Source of the DNA: a virus
Reading direction: 5' to 3' (one strand)
Virus record (IMG/VR): IMGVR_UViG_3300050013_000165
Coordinates: 37,469 to 101,468 of that record
DNA length: 64,000 bases
The stretch's first letter is position 1. Each line of letters begins with the position of its first letter. Shown piece after piece: positions 19,675 through 29,302 of this stretch. The position numbers and the translations under genes were made by a program. The notes under the pieces are model-generated. The model saw nothing but the letters and a program-made list of their open reading frames with translations. It searched no databases and was not told the DNA's origin.

Positions 19675-19700
19675 AGGCCCGCCCTTCGGGGCGGGTCTTT
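19675..19700 (+). terminator. Rho-independent terminator
   Basis: AGGCCCGCCC-TTCG-GGGCGGGTCT-TT. Confidence 0.8.
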
Positions 19701-19701
19701 G

Positions 19702-19902
19702 CTATTCGAGGGCTTCTGTAATGAGGAAGCTCACTCGTTCGTCGTCGCGCCATCGCACATAGAGATCGACCATTTCGTCAATCGCTTCCCACGTTGTGAC
19801 GAATCCACAACGGGCGGCTTCTCGGGCAGCGGAATTGCGCAGACGAACACGCACCTCATCGTTGCTGATTGTCGTCCAGTACGGAACGAATCCGCCGAGC
19901 AT
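19702..19902 (-). CDS. Small hypothetical protein (leaderless)
   Basis: TAGGCT-6nt-ATG on the minus strand; ends at the terminator. Confidence 0.45.
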   Translation of the reverse strand: MLGGFVPYWTTISNDEVRVRLRNSAAREAARCGFVTTWEAIDEMVDLYVRWRDDERVSFLITEALE

Positions 19903-20001
19903 TAGAGCAGCCTAACTGACGTGAAGTGGGATTAGGCCGCATGGCAAGCTCTTTCTCATTGGGAACCCGGGACTAACCATGTCCCAAAAAGGAGAATTCA
20001 A

Positions 20002-20580
20002 ATGGCGCAGCCAAAAGGTAATCGAGGTCCAGACCGGGCGAGTGCGGGAAGCCGTCGCTCTGCTCGTTCCCCCGGCGACATGACCGGGCGAGTAAAGGAC
20101 CAACAGGCGAAGGCAGCCAAGGCTGATCTTGAAGAGCGCGGAGCAGAACTCACAATGATGAACTCAGCGCAGGCCGACGACGAAGAGCACGGTGTCTTCG
20201 ACGGCCAGTCCGGTGACCGTGTTGATTTGCGTGATGCACAAAACCGTCACGTTGTAATCGATGACGAAGGCGATGACGATGAGAGCTTCCGATTCGCTCC
20301 TCAATTTGCCGAGGAAGAGCCCACTTTGACTGGTAAGGAAAGCGCCGAAACGCTTGCGCCAATCATCGCCGCCCGACGACAGCACGCAGCGCCTCCGGCG
20401 CACGCAGTTCGTTCGTCGATGGCAACCATTCGCGTCGATCAAGACATCGAGGATATGACCTACGGAGTCGTGAACGGCCGACCAAATAACTTCACACTCC
20501 GTGAGGGGTTGAAGTATCGATTGCCGCTTCCCGTGGCCGAGCATTTGAACGATCTCGGGTTGGTTCGCCAATGGTTCTAA
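20002..20580 (+). CDS. Hypothetical protein (head region)
   Basis: AAAGGAG RBS. Confidence 0.7.
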   Translation: MAQPKGNRGPDRASAGSRRSARSPGDMTGRVKDQQAKAAKADLEERGAELTMMNSAQADDEEHGVFDGQSGDRVDLRDAQNRHVVIDDEGDDDESFRFAPQFAEEEPTLTGKESAETLAPIIAARRQHAAPPAHAVRSSMATIRVDQDIEDMTYGVVNGRPNNFTLREGLKYRLPLPVAEHLNDLGLVRQWF

Positions 20581-20593
20581 CGAGGAGAACACT

Positions 20594-20902
20594 ATGCCGT
20601 CCGTCCAACAGACGTTGGTCCCCAATCAGTTCTTTCGGTACACCATTACCGATGCAATTTGTCGCGGGGTCACTGTTTATCAAGTAGCCAACGTTGCAGA
20701 ATGTTGGGCGACGGCAAATGGGCAGGACCCCGTTGTGCCCTCCGGTGGTGTTGAAGTGACCGATGGTCAAACGACTCTTTCGGGAGTTCTCGGATTGGCG
20801 GGTGCACGGGTCCTGCATCCTCCGTATCCGGCGGGCCAACCTGTTCAACCAAACATTCGAATTCTCTCGCAAGGATCGCCAACAATCGTAATCGAGTGGT
20901 GA
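20594..20902 (+). CDS. Hypothetical structural protein
   Basis: GAGGAG RBS. Confidence 0.6.
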   Translation: MPSVQQTLVPNQFFRYTITDAICRGVTVYQVANVAECWATANGQDPVVPSGGVEVTDGQTTLSGVLGLAGARVLHPPYPAGQPVQPNIRILSQGSPTIVIEW

Positions 20903-20906
20903 TCAA

Positions 20907-21746
20907 ATGGCGCTCGATAACCTAGTCAACCTTGCTTATTCGCTTGTAACTGGCGCACCGTCGCCGCCAACGTCGGGAACGGCGTGCACGGTTCAAGCGG
21001 GCATCACCTGGCCGACCGGCAACTTCGACATGTTGTTCTGGCCTCCCGGTGACATCCCTCTGCTTTCGAACGCAGAGATTTGTCGTTGTTCGGCGGTTGG
21101 CAACACAATCACGATGACTCGCGGTGCATATGGCACTACCGAGCAAGCCATCGCCATTGGTTGGCAGTGTGCTCAGGTCATTACGGCCGATCTCTTCACC
21201 GAGATTGTGGCTTTGATTAACGCCACTGTGACGAGCTTCAATACTCGAACTGGTGCCGTGACCCTTGCTGCGGCAGACATCGAGGGGTTGTTCACCGCTG
21301 CGGGTCAGTTGTTTGTTGGAACTGGTTCAGGAACTGGTTCGCTCCTTGCCGGTGGAGCAACTGGCACATTCCTTGGCGCTAATACCGGCGGGGCTCCCAC
21401 TTGGAAGGCCGTCACGAGCAGTGTTGCTGCTACGGCAAGTGAGGTTGAGTGCACCACCACCGGGGCTACTCAAATTGTCACCTATACGCCAAGCGGTGAC
21501 GGAAACTTTCACATCAGTGTTTACTTTCGAGTCGTCACGGCAACGACCGTTGTCACCATTACGGTGACTTGGACAGACGCCACTGGTTCGCAAACAATGA
21601 CGTTGATAAATGCTGTTTCGTGTGCAACTGGTTCGTACTCACTCACCGATTTCATGATCAACGCAGAAGCAGATGCGATAACCGTTTCAATGACCGCTGG
21701 AACCTCAAATCAGGTCTACGGTTCCGCTTCGATACTCGTGGGTTAG
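20907..21746 (+). CDS. Putative fibre/decoration protein
   Basis: VTSFNTRTGAVTL fibre motif; T/G/A-rich. Confidence 0.55.
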   Translation: MALDNLVNLAYSLVTGAPSPPTSGTACTVQAGITWPTGNFDMLFWPPGDIPLLSNAEICRCSAVGNTITMTRGAYGTTEQAIAIGWQCAQVITADLFTEIVALINATVTSFNTRTGAVTLAAADIEGLFTAAGQLFVGTGSGTGSLLAGGATGTFLGANTGGAPTWKAVTSSVAATASEVECTTTGATQIVTYTPSGDGNFHISVYFRVVTATTVVTITVTWTDATGSQTMTLINAVSCATGSYSLTDFMINAEADAITVSMTAGTSNQVYGSASILVG

Positions 21747-21757
21747 GAAGAATAAAA

Positions 21758-22612
21758 ATGGATACAAGGGGCGCAATCGATCTCGACGAAGAATTTCTTG
21801 GTCGTAAGTATCACGACAAGAGTTTGATTCGACCGGCATTAATTGCTGCTCGTCGAAATATGGGCATGATGGCAACTGCAACTTTGCTCAATGGTGGATT
21901 GCAGGGAACAGCACTTACATCGCACGTTGCTCACGGTAAGACGTTTAGTTCGGCTTCGGCCGGATTCAATCAAACTGGTTCGCTGTTTTGGGCCGCATCA
22001 CCAGTGAATGGGGCGGTTTACAACGGCTCCCTTTACAACAACACCCTTAGTGTTCCATACAACGGATGCCCGATTTTTTTGGCAGGAGCTATTGGTAACA
22101 GTCTCACGGCGACGACAATCACGGATACGTTTAGTAGTAGTTATACGTGGACTTTGATTGATTCTGTTGCAATTGGTGCGGGAATCCAAAACAATTACAT
22201 ATGGATTGGGCAGGGCGGCTCAGGATTATCGGGAACTGTCGCCATCAATTTTTCCGGTAGCACAGACTGCATGGGATTCGCTGTTCCGATTATTGGATGT
22301 TCTCAGGCATCCGGCACCGGAGCCGTTGATGTGCACGGTCATAACAGCGGAAGTTCGTCAACCGCCTCTGGTCCTTCGTTGACACCATCCGTTGCGGGGG
22401 AAGTTGGACTTTGGTTTGCGGCCGCTCTCATGAACACCGACGCATTTACTAATGGCAATTACAAAAGCGGGGCTATGGCGATGTATGGGCCTTCTGTTGC
22501 TGGCATTTTAGAGACTGCTTGTGCGCTGCCAACGTCTGCTCAAAATCCAAGTTGGGGGCTTAACGGATCAAATTATTGGGGCACGATGGGTGCAATTTTC
22601 AAGGGCGCATGA
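21758..22612 (+). CDS. Putative structural/receptor-binding protein
   Basis: G/S/T/N-rich beta protein; ATG 21758. Confidence 0.5.
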   Translation: MDTRGAIDLDEEFLGRKYHDKSLIRPALIAARRNMGMMATATLLNGGLQGTALTSHVAHGKTFSSASAGFNQTGSLFWAASPVNGAVYNGSLYNNTLSVPYNGCPIFLAGAIGNSLTATTITDTFSSSYTWTLIDSVAIGAGIQNNYIWIGQGGSGLSGTVAINFSGSTDCMGFAVPIIGCSQASGTGAVDVHGHNSGSSSTASGPSLTPSVAGEVGLWFAAALMNTDAFTNGNYKSGAMAMYGPSVAGILETACALPTSAQNPSWGLNGSNYWGTMGAIFKGA

Positions 22613-22616
22613 GCTT

Positions 22617-22763
22617 GTGACTACCATCGGACGTCAATCATTACAACTCGTTGTGCAACCGGCACTCGTCGGAGATCAAGAAAATCTCGGCTTAGTTGTA
22701 CAACCGGCAATGAAGCCGGATCAGGAATCACTTGACTTAACAGTGCAGCCCGCTCTTCAATAG
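22617..22763 (+). CDS. 48-aa microprotein made of three 15-aa repeats
   Basis: GRQSLQLVVQPALVG / DQENLGLVVQPAMKP / DQESLDLTVQPALQ. Confidence 0.5.
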   Translation: MTTIGRQSLQLVVQPALVGDQENLGLVVQPAMKPDQESLDLTVQPALQ

Positions 22764-22773
22764 GATTTCTTCC

Positions 22774-23808
22774 ATGTCCACAGCGTCAATCACATTGAGA
22801 ACTCGGTTCGAGATTCAGGACACCGGCATGCCTTTCGCGTGCGCTGTGGTGCTCGATGGCGTCTCGACTGTTTACGATTTGCCGGTTGAGTCAATTTCTT
22901 CGACGGCGACGCCTCCGACCGTAATCATTGATGGCGCTGTTGTTCCGGCCAATCAAGCGACACCGGCTTACACATTTGATTACAAGCACGGGATCATCGT
23001 CTTTCCGACACCCCCACAACCGCAAGGTGGATCGCTTCAAGTATCCGGTATTACCTACGACTACTTCATTGATGCGGAAGTCTCCCAAGCCGTAACCGAC
23101 GCATTCAACTTGCACGTTGCTGACGAAGAACCGTTGCCGGTAATCGACCCGGTCTCCGGCGAACTGGGGATCAACTCGAACAATCAATATCTCGTGTCCC
23201 TTATGGCGGCTGTCGAGCTGCTTTGGTTTCGCGCAACGGATGCTTCGAAGGACATTGACATTCATACGCCCGAGGGAGTCTCGCTTCCTCGTGCGCAGCG
23301 TTATCGTCAAATCCTTCAACAAATTCAGGGATTGCAGCAACAGTACAAAGACTTGTGTGCCGCACTCGGTGTCGGTATCTGGCGCATTCAAATCCTCAAT
23401 CAGCGCCGAGTTAGTTACACGACAAACCGCCTCATCCCGATCTTTCGAGAGCAGAATTACAACGAGCCCTATACCGGGTTCTTTCCGACCACGGGGTTGG
23501 TTGGAGCACTTATTACGATCAATGGCAAATACTTCAATAGAACAACTCAGGTCACCTTTGGTGGTGTTCCGGCACTCACGTCCGTGCCGTATCCATACTC
23601 GACTCCGTTGGTCGCCGGACAGTTCTCTGTCGTCAACGATGGGCAACTTCAGGTAGCTGTTCCTGTGGGAGCCATGACGGGCCAAATCGGGGTTGTCACG
23701 CCCTATGGCGTTGTGCTTTCGACGGCGCAGTTCGTTGTGGGGCAACCTGCTCCGTTCGTTGACTATGGACCAGAGCTGGTCCCGATCCCAATTCCTCCTG
23801 GTCATTGA
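22774..23808 (+). CDS. Head-tail connector-like protein with C-terminal IPT/TIG domain
   Basis: DIDIHTPEGVSLPRAQRYRQ; FFPTTGLVGALITING..VTFGG..VPVGAMTGQI (IPT). Confidence 0.6.
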   Translation: MSTASITLRTRFEIQDTGMPFACAVVLDGVSTVYDLPVESISSTATPPTVIIDGAVVPANQATPAYTFDYKHGIIVFPTPPQPQGGSLQVSGITYDYFIDAEVSQAVTDAFNLHVADEEPLPVIDPVSGELGINSNNQYLVSLMAAVELLWFRATDASKDIDIHTPEGVSLPRAQRYRQILQQIQGLQQQYKDLCAALGVGIWRIQILNQRRVSYTTNRLIPIFREQNYNEPYTGFFPTTGLVGALITINGKYFNRTTQVTFGGVPALTSVPYPYSTPLVAGQFSVVNDGQLQVAVPVGAMTGQIGVVTPYGVVLSTAQFVVGQPAPFVDYGPELVPIPIPPGH

Positions 23809-23837
23809 TCGTGAAAAAAGTTCCGGTGGAGCACTAA

Positions 23838-24353
23838 ATGCCGAACGCTAATGGTCCTTCAGATCGCCGGTTATGGCGAGAGATTTGGGGAGCGCGTCAA
23901 GCCTTCAAGGACTACCAACTCGAAGCTGGTCAATGGGTCCAGTGGTTCCGTTTCAACAAGCCGGGGACCACAGCTAATCCGATCTATGACACCGGGCCTC
24001 AGCGTGTGTGGTATCCGGCGATCACTCTGCCGGTAATGCTGGCTGAGCAAACCCGAGCATCGCAGAACTTCGACGACGATGGGTTGTACCTCGTTTCTCG
24101 ACTGCATTTGATCTTCAGCTACTACGCCTTCTTTCAAACTACGATGCCGGACCCTGACCCCTACGGACAGGATCACGTCAACGACCGTGTGGGCTTCGAT
24201 ACCACCCTCTTTTCGGTGGATTCGTTCATTCCTCACGGTCGCGTGGCGGGACAATGGTTGACGGTCTCGTGTGATTTGACTGAGGTCGCTTCCGAGGATT
24301 TGGCAGAAGACGTTCCCGCTCCGATGTTCGCTCCGTATGTGGTTGCCTCCTAA
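23838..24353 (+). CDS. Putative head-closure/neck protein
   Basis: Position and size. Confidence 0.5.
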   Translation: MPNANGPSDRRLWREIWGARQAFKDYQLEAGQWVQWFRFNKPGTTANPIYDTGPQRVWYPAITLPVMLAEQTRASQNFDDDGLYLVSRLHLIFSYYAFFQTTMPDPDPYGQDHVNDRVGFDTTLFSVDSFIPHGRVAGQWLTVSCDLTEVASEDLAEDVPAPMFAPYVVAS

Positions 24354-24823
24354 CTTGGAAAATTGAGCTTCGGGAACTCGCTTCCGTAATGCTTGATGGT
24401 TTCCCTATCCCTCGCAATTGCTGCTTCTTTTGGCGTGCCAAAGCCTCCGATATAGGTGTTTTTCTTATTCACTTTGAGCATTGCGATCCACATACCTCGG
24501 CGTGAGTCATAGTGGACCCCGATGAACCCTGATTTGTTGTCAGACCTGATGTTGTTGTTCAGATTGTTTTGAGTTTTGGTTGCTAGTCGAAGGTTCTTTC
24601 GGCGGTTGTCCAATCCGTTGCCGTTGACGTGATCTACATCGAACTCGCTTGGGGCTTGCAAGATCAGCCGGTGCATGAGGTGCGGCGATTTTCCGATGTT
24701 GCGTCTCGCGTAATACCGTCCTGGTTCGGATTCAAGTGTGGTCCAGTGCCATTGATTGAGGTAATCAAAATCTTCGTCATCGATCAATGCAAGTTTGCTT
24801 CTTGTTAGCTCGATTTGCGCCAT
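24350..24823 (-). mobile_element. HNH-AP2 homing endonuclease
   Basis: ALIDDEDF..MHRLIL..VDHVNGNGLDNRRKNLR plus AP2 (SGFIGV..W.A..GGFGTPKEAAIARD); TATGAT-6-ATG. Confidence 0.9.
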
Positions 24824-24949
24824 TGACAAATCATAGTCAGTTAGTGACTTCCATTTCGCTCTCCGCTTTTGGGATCATCGTTTCGACGGATCGCAGTGTC
24901 CGTTGAAGTACATGCGAAGTGCAATTGCCTATACGGAGGTGGTGGCGGA

Positions 24950-25354
24950 ATGTTCCGTCTAATCGATAACGCCATTAGCCCCCGTAAGCACTCGTTCGAA
25001 ACCGCCGTCAAGCGCCTTCCTTCGGCTCACCGGGAGGCCCAGCACGCTGCGGTCACTCACCTTCACGGGCGTGCGATTGAAGCTCTCGACTCTGCTGGGC
25101 TCAGTCAGCACCGGAGAGCCATCGACGTATTCACAGATCGACCAGAGCCCTACGTCGGAATCGTTGGCGGCCCGAGTGGTGACGAGATTTCCGATATTGA
25201 ATTCGGGCGGCCACAACGAACCCTCGACAAAGAAGGGCGAGAACTCGACAGCGGGGCTCCAAACCCCGTTCTTCGAACCGCCCTGCATCGAGCACGACCA
25301 GAGGCTGAGACTGTCTACAACTCGGTCCTTGTTGATCGATTGGGGCTCGGATGA
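24950..25354 (+). CDS. Putative neck/tail-joining protein
   Basis: GGAGG RBS; DIEFG...PNPVLR motif. Confidence 0.5.
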   Translation: MFRLIDNAISPRKHSFETAVKRLPSAHREAQHAAVTHLHGRAIEALDSAGLSQHRRAIDVFTDRPEPYVGIVGGPSGDEISDIEFGRPQRTLDKEGRELDSGAPNPVLRTALHRARPEAETVYNSVLVDRLGLG

Positions 25355-25992
25355 CTCTGATTCCTACCCCTCAGACGGGAATGTGGCTGCGGGATGAAGA
25401 CAACGCCCTGAAGACAAAACTCTCGGGTTTTGCCGTCTCGAACTACGGCCAAGGAGGTCCTGGCGGCGTTCCGAAAGAGAACATCGCTGTGTACTTCCGC
25501 TTCCCTGATCCCGAAGAGCGCACACGCACATTTCCCCACATCGCCATCGATCTAATCGACGTCGAGTACGACCAGACACGCGCCCACCGAGCCGGTGGCT
25601 ACATCGTGCAGTATCCGTTGGAAATGGCAACTCCTCCGGTGGGAACCAACTTGGTCTCGGACGACATGCCTTGGCCCTCGACGCTCGTTTACCAACTGGC
25701 TGCATATTCACGTCAGCCGTGGCACGACCGTCAATTGTCATTGATGCTGTATCAATTTTTCCCCGAGCAGTTTGGGTTTCTCGATATGACTACGTGGGAC
25801 GGCACTGTCCGTCGCGCCGATCTGCGTGGGGTTGCTCGACGAGACATCATCGATGCAAATCGCAAGCGAACGTTTAGAAATGTTTTCACGATTGGCGTTT
25901 CATCCGAACTTTACCTGTACCAAATCCAAGACATCATGCAAGTTCTTTCGGTTTCCGCTGACGTCGAAGTCAGCATTAACTCACCACTCTAA
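25351..25992 (+). CDS. Tail completion/terminator protein
   Basis: Immediately upstream of the sheath; FPHIAIDL, YQL..YSR motifs. Confidence 0.6.
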   Translation: MTLIPTPQTGMWLRDEDNALKTKLSGFAVSNYGQGGPGGVPKENIAVYFRFPDPEERTRTFPHIAIDLIDVEYDQTRAHRAGGYIVQYPLEMATPPVGTNLVSDDMPWPSTLVYQLAAYSRQPWHDRQLSLMLYQFFPEQFGFLDMTTWDGTVRRADLRGVARRDIIDANRKRTFRNVFTIGVSSELYLYQIQDIMQVLSVSADVEVSINSPL

Positions 25993-26015
25993 GAACGTAA
26001 AGGTAAGGAGACGAA

Positions 26016-27614
26016 ATGCCTACACCAACCACTGGGGCTCCCGGCGTCACTGTTGTCGAGAACCTGAGTCCTGCGTCGCCGCCACCCCCAGCCGCATCTC
26101 CTTCAGTTTGCGGCTTTATGGGAGAGCACTGGGCTGGCCCGGTCAACGAGGCTATCTTGTGCAATTCGTGGCAAGACTTCCAGAAGTATTTTCAGGGGTT
26201 CAACCCGAATTCTATTCCGACGCTTGCCAATCCATATCTGGCATATGCCGTGTCGAAGTTCTTCCAGAACGGCGGGACGATGTGTTACATCGTTCGTGTC
26301 ATGTCGTCGGCGTCACCGGGCGCATCTGCATCAGCGACTCTTGTTGATGGCACTGCAACTCCTCAACAGACGTTGAAGCTGACGGCTGGTTCACTTGGGG
26401 TCATTGGTAACCCAGGCACGTGGGGCAATGGGCTCTTCTTTGCCGTTACACAGACGACAACGGCTAATCGATTCAATGTTGCCATCTACAACGGGGCATT
26501 GAACCAGGCGAATCTCGTTGAGACTTGGTACGACATGTCGATGAATCCAACCGATAGTCGTTATGCACCGACCGTTATCAACTCACCCACGGCTGGGTCG
26601 CTTTGGGTTGTTGCAACCGATTTGCACGACGTCGATGTATTAGCGAACGCACCGGCAGTCAGCAACGGGCAGTTTTCCGGCGGTGCCGATCCTGCGGACC
26701 CGACGACGCAGGACAAAGTGAACGCAATCACGTTTGGCTCTTCGGCGTTCGATGTGATCCCCGACGTTCTAAACTTTGCTCTTCCCGGTGAGACCACGAA
26801 CGCTGTTGTCACAGCGGCGTTGCAGTATTCACAAGGACCTGCCGAGGGCGGGACCGGTCGGCCATTCTCGTTCTTTGTGATCGATCCCCCATCCGGCGAG
26901 ACTCCTGCTGCGGCCGTGGCCTATTTGGAAGGGCTCACGCCGATTACATCATCGGCGGCGATGTATTCCCCGTGGCTTGTGTGCACGAACCCTGCATCGC
27001 CGAACCTGCAATCGACGATTCTTTTGCCGCCGAGCGGTTGCGTGCTCGGGCAAATGGTATCAACCGATACTGCCCAAGGCCCGTGGAGGGCTCCCGCTGG
27101 CACAGGGACTGTGCTTGGGGGCGTTGTTCAAGCAGAACGCAAGCTCACCCAGGTCGATCTTGGGACCCTCAACAATGCAAACGTCAACGCTCTTCGGACG
27201 TTGCCGAACGGTCGAGTAATCATTTGGGGTGCTCGAACGATGGCACCGGGGTATTCGTCGTTGTACGTCAACGTTCGGCGAACCTTGAACTACATCGAGG
27301 CCTCAATCAACGACATGCTTCAGCCGTTTGTCTTTGCACCGAACGACGCCGTTACTTGGAGCAACGTCACGTCGTCGATCACACAGTTCCTCACCGGGTT
27401 GGCTCAAAACGGTGCATTCGCTACCACAAATCCGACGAATGCTTTTGTTGTCACATGCAATTCGTCAAACAACACTCCACAGTCAATTGCCCAAGGCATC
27501 TTGAACGTCTCAGTGCAGTTGGCTTTGCAGTACCCAATTGAATTCATTGTTCTGACCATCGCTCAAATTCAAGGCAGTGGGACGACGTCCATTTCAACTT
27601 CACTTCCGAGCTAA
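26016..27614 (+). CDS. Contractile tail sheath protein
   Basis: PGVTVVE, FFQNGG, WRAPAG, IWGART, YVNVRR, FVFAPND, PIEFI motifs. Confidence 0.95.
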   Translation: MPTPTTGAPGVTVVENLSPASPPPPAASPSVCGFMGEHWAGPVNEAILCNSWQDFQKYFQGFNPNSIPTLANPYLAYAVSKFFQNGGTMCYIVRVMSSASPGASASATLVDGTATPQQTLKLTAGSLGVIGNPGTWGNGLFFAVTQTTTANRFNVAIYNGALNQANLVETWYDMSMNPTDSRYAPTVINSPTAGSLWVVATDLHDVDVLANAPAVSNGQFSGGADPADPTTQDKVNAITFGSSAFDVIPDVLNFALPGETTNAVVTAALQYSQGPAEGGTGRPFSFFVIDPPSGETPAAAVAYLEGLTPITSSAAMYSPWLVCTNPASPNLQSTILLPPSGCVLGQMVSTDTAQGPWRAPAGTGTVLGGVVQAERKLTQVDLGTLNNANVNALRTLPNGRVIIWGARTMAPGYSSLYVNVRRTLNYIEASINDMLQPFVFAPNDAVTWSNVTSSITQFLTGLAQNGAFATTNPTNAFVVTCNSSNNTPQSIAQGILNVSVQLALQYPIEFIVLTIAQIQGSGTTSISTSLPS

Positions 27615-27647
27615 CTCGATCTCCTAGTCGGTGAAAGGACAATAGAA

Positions 27648-28289
27648 ATGGCGACAGTAAGAGCGCTCAATACTGACCCGCTGCGTAGCTTCAAGTTCAA
27701 CGTCTACATTCCGTTGGCAACAAGCGAGTTGACGCCCACGGGCGGCATGGCGCGCCTTGGGTTCATGTCGGTCTCTGGTCTCGGATTGTCTATCGAGCCG
27801 TTGACATACCGTGAGGGTGGCGACAATCTCACGACACGCAAGATGCCGGGACAGGCCGACTTCGGTCCCATCACGTTGTCTCGGGGGCTCTTCCCGACCG
27901 ACAACGACAACTGGATTTGGATGCAGATGTTGTTCTCTGCCATGTACGGTGCAGGGACTTCAAATGAGCCCATCTCTGGTGGTGGAGCTTCACAAGGCTC
28001 TCCCCCTGGAATGCAGAACTTCCGAACGTACATGTACATCAATGTGCTTGCACATCCGATGACAAATACGACTGGGAGTTTTGGCAACGCTGTGGGAGCC
28101 GACTATCCGAGTCAGAGCATTGTGCAAGTGAGTTTCAAGCTCTACTCGGCATGGATCGGGAGCCTTGCCTATTCCGACATGGATGCGGGCGGGAACGCTG
28201 TCGCAGTCGAACAGATGACCCTGAACTATGAAGGGTTTGACATCAACTGGGGCGGCACAGGTTACGTTCAAAATCCGACAAGTTGGTAA
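27648..28289 (+). CDS. Tail tube protein (T4 gp19-like)
   Basis: DPLRSFKF, GFMSVSGL, YREGG, KMPGQ..ITLSRG, VEQMTLNYEG. Confidence 0.9.
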   Translation: MATVRALNTDPLRSFKFNVYIPLATSELTPTGGMARLGFMSVSGLGLSIEPLTYREGGDNLTTRKMPGQADFGPITLSRGLFPTDNDNWIWMQMLFSAMYGAGTSNEPISGGGASQGSPPGMQNFRTYMYINVLAHPMTNTTGSFGNAVGADYPSQSIVQVSFKLYSAWIGSLAYSDMDAGGNAVAVEQMTLNYEGFDINWGGTGYVQNPTSW

Positions 28290-28308
28290 TTAACGAGGAG
28301 AACATTTT

Positions 28309-29148
28309 ATGACCATGACCGGTGAAATCGGTGGGCGAACAAGGGTTCCCGATCCAGGGAACGTTCCAACCAAAGGAGAGGTCGAGGCTGCTTTAGACGG
28401 TCTCGATCAGCAACCTGAGCTTGAAGAGCTTCCAGACCTAACGGTGATGTTGCCGAGCGGGTTGGTCGATGGTGAAGATTTGATTCAACACGCCATCGTT
28501 CGGGAACTCAACGGATTTGACGAAGAGAAATTGTCGCGTCTCGATATGGACAAGAACCCGGCAATCTTTACGACGAAGTTGCTTGCAATGGCGGTCGAGT
28601 CAATTGGCAGTAGGACCCCAAACGAAGAGACCATTCGTCAGCTTCTAATGGGTGACCGCGATGCTCTGGTTGTTGGTATTCGTCGTGCAACCTACGGGAA
28701 TCTTGTTCCATTCAAATTGACCTGTAGTGAGTGTGAACAGCTTTCGCAGGTTGACATTGAACTGGACAAGGACATTGAAGTCCAAATTCCTGAAGACCCA
28801 AGGAAGCGAGAGTTTGAGGTTCCTCTTCGTCGAGGTGCGATAGCGAAGATTGCACTAATCAATGGAGCTGCGCAAGAAGCTTTTTCAGAAGGTCAGAGCA
28901 AGAAGACTCAGGCTGAGATCAATTCGTTGATTTTGGCAAGAACACTGATTTCAATCGACGGGGTTCCTACGCACGGTTCCGAGGAAACGTCGAAGCGACT
29001 TTCGCTTGCAGATCGCGACACGTTGATCGACTGGATTGCTCAGAACCAACCTGGGCCGCAACTTCAAAAGGAGATCAGAGTGCATTGCGCAACGTGTGAT
29101 GCAGAGTATCCAATCTTCCTCGGGACTCTGAATCTGTTTCGCTTCTAA
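28309..29148 (+). CDS. Tail assembly chaperone / T4 gp26-like protein
   Basis: VRELNGFDEE, GDRDAL..IRRATYG, two CxxC; lies between tube and TMP. Confidence 0.75.
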   Translation: MTMTGEIGGRTRVPDPGNVPTKGEVEAALDGLDQQPELEELPDLTVMLPSGLVDGEDLIQHAIVRELNGFDEEKLSRLDMDKNPAIFTTKLLAMAVESIGSRTPNEETIRQLLMGDRDALVVGIRRATYGNLVPFKLTCSECEQLSQVDIELDKDIEVQIPEDPRKREFEVPLRRGAIAKIALINGAAQEAFSEGQSKKTQAEINSLILARTLISIDGVPTHGSEETSKRLSLADRDTLIDWIAQNQPGPQLQKEIRVHCATCDAEYPIFLGTLNLFRF

Positions 29149-29302
29149 AGAGAGAGACGTTGTCAATGATTTCTACGATCTTCAACTTGTATATCCGAAT
29201 TGGAGTCTCGGTGACATAAAGGCTCTGTCGCCAAGGCATCGTCGTTTCTGGTTTGAGCGTGCGGTTTGGCTTTCAGAAAGAAGAAAAAGGCGACCGAGTT
29301 AA
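29132..29302 (+). CDS. Start-less second chaperone ORF, probably reached by +1 frameshift
   Basis: CFASKERDVVNDFYDLQLVYPNWSLGDIKALSPRHRRFWFERAVW...*; no ATG/GTG/TTG; stop abuts the TMP ATG. Confidence 0.65.
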   Translation: MCFASKERDVVNDFYDLQLVYPNWSLGDIKALSPRHRRFWFERAVWLSERRKRRPS

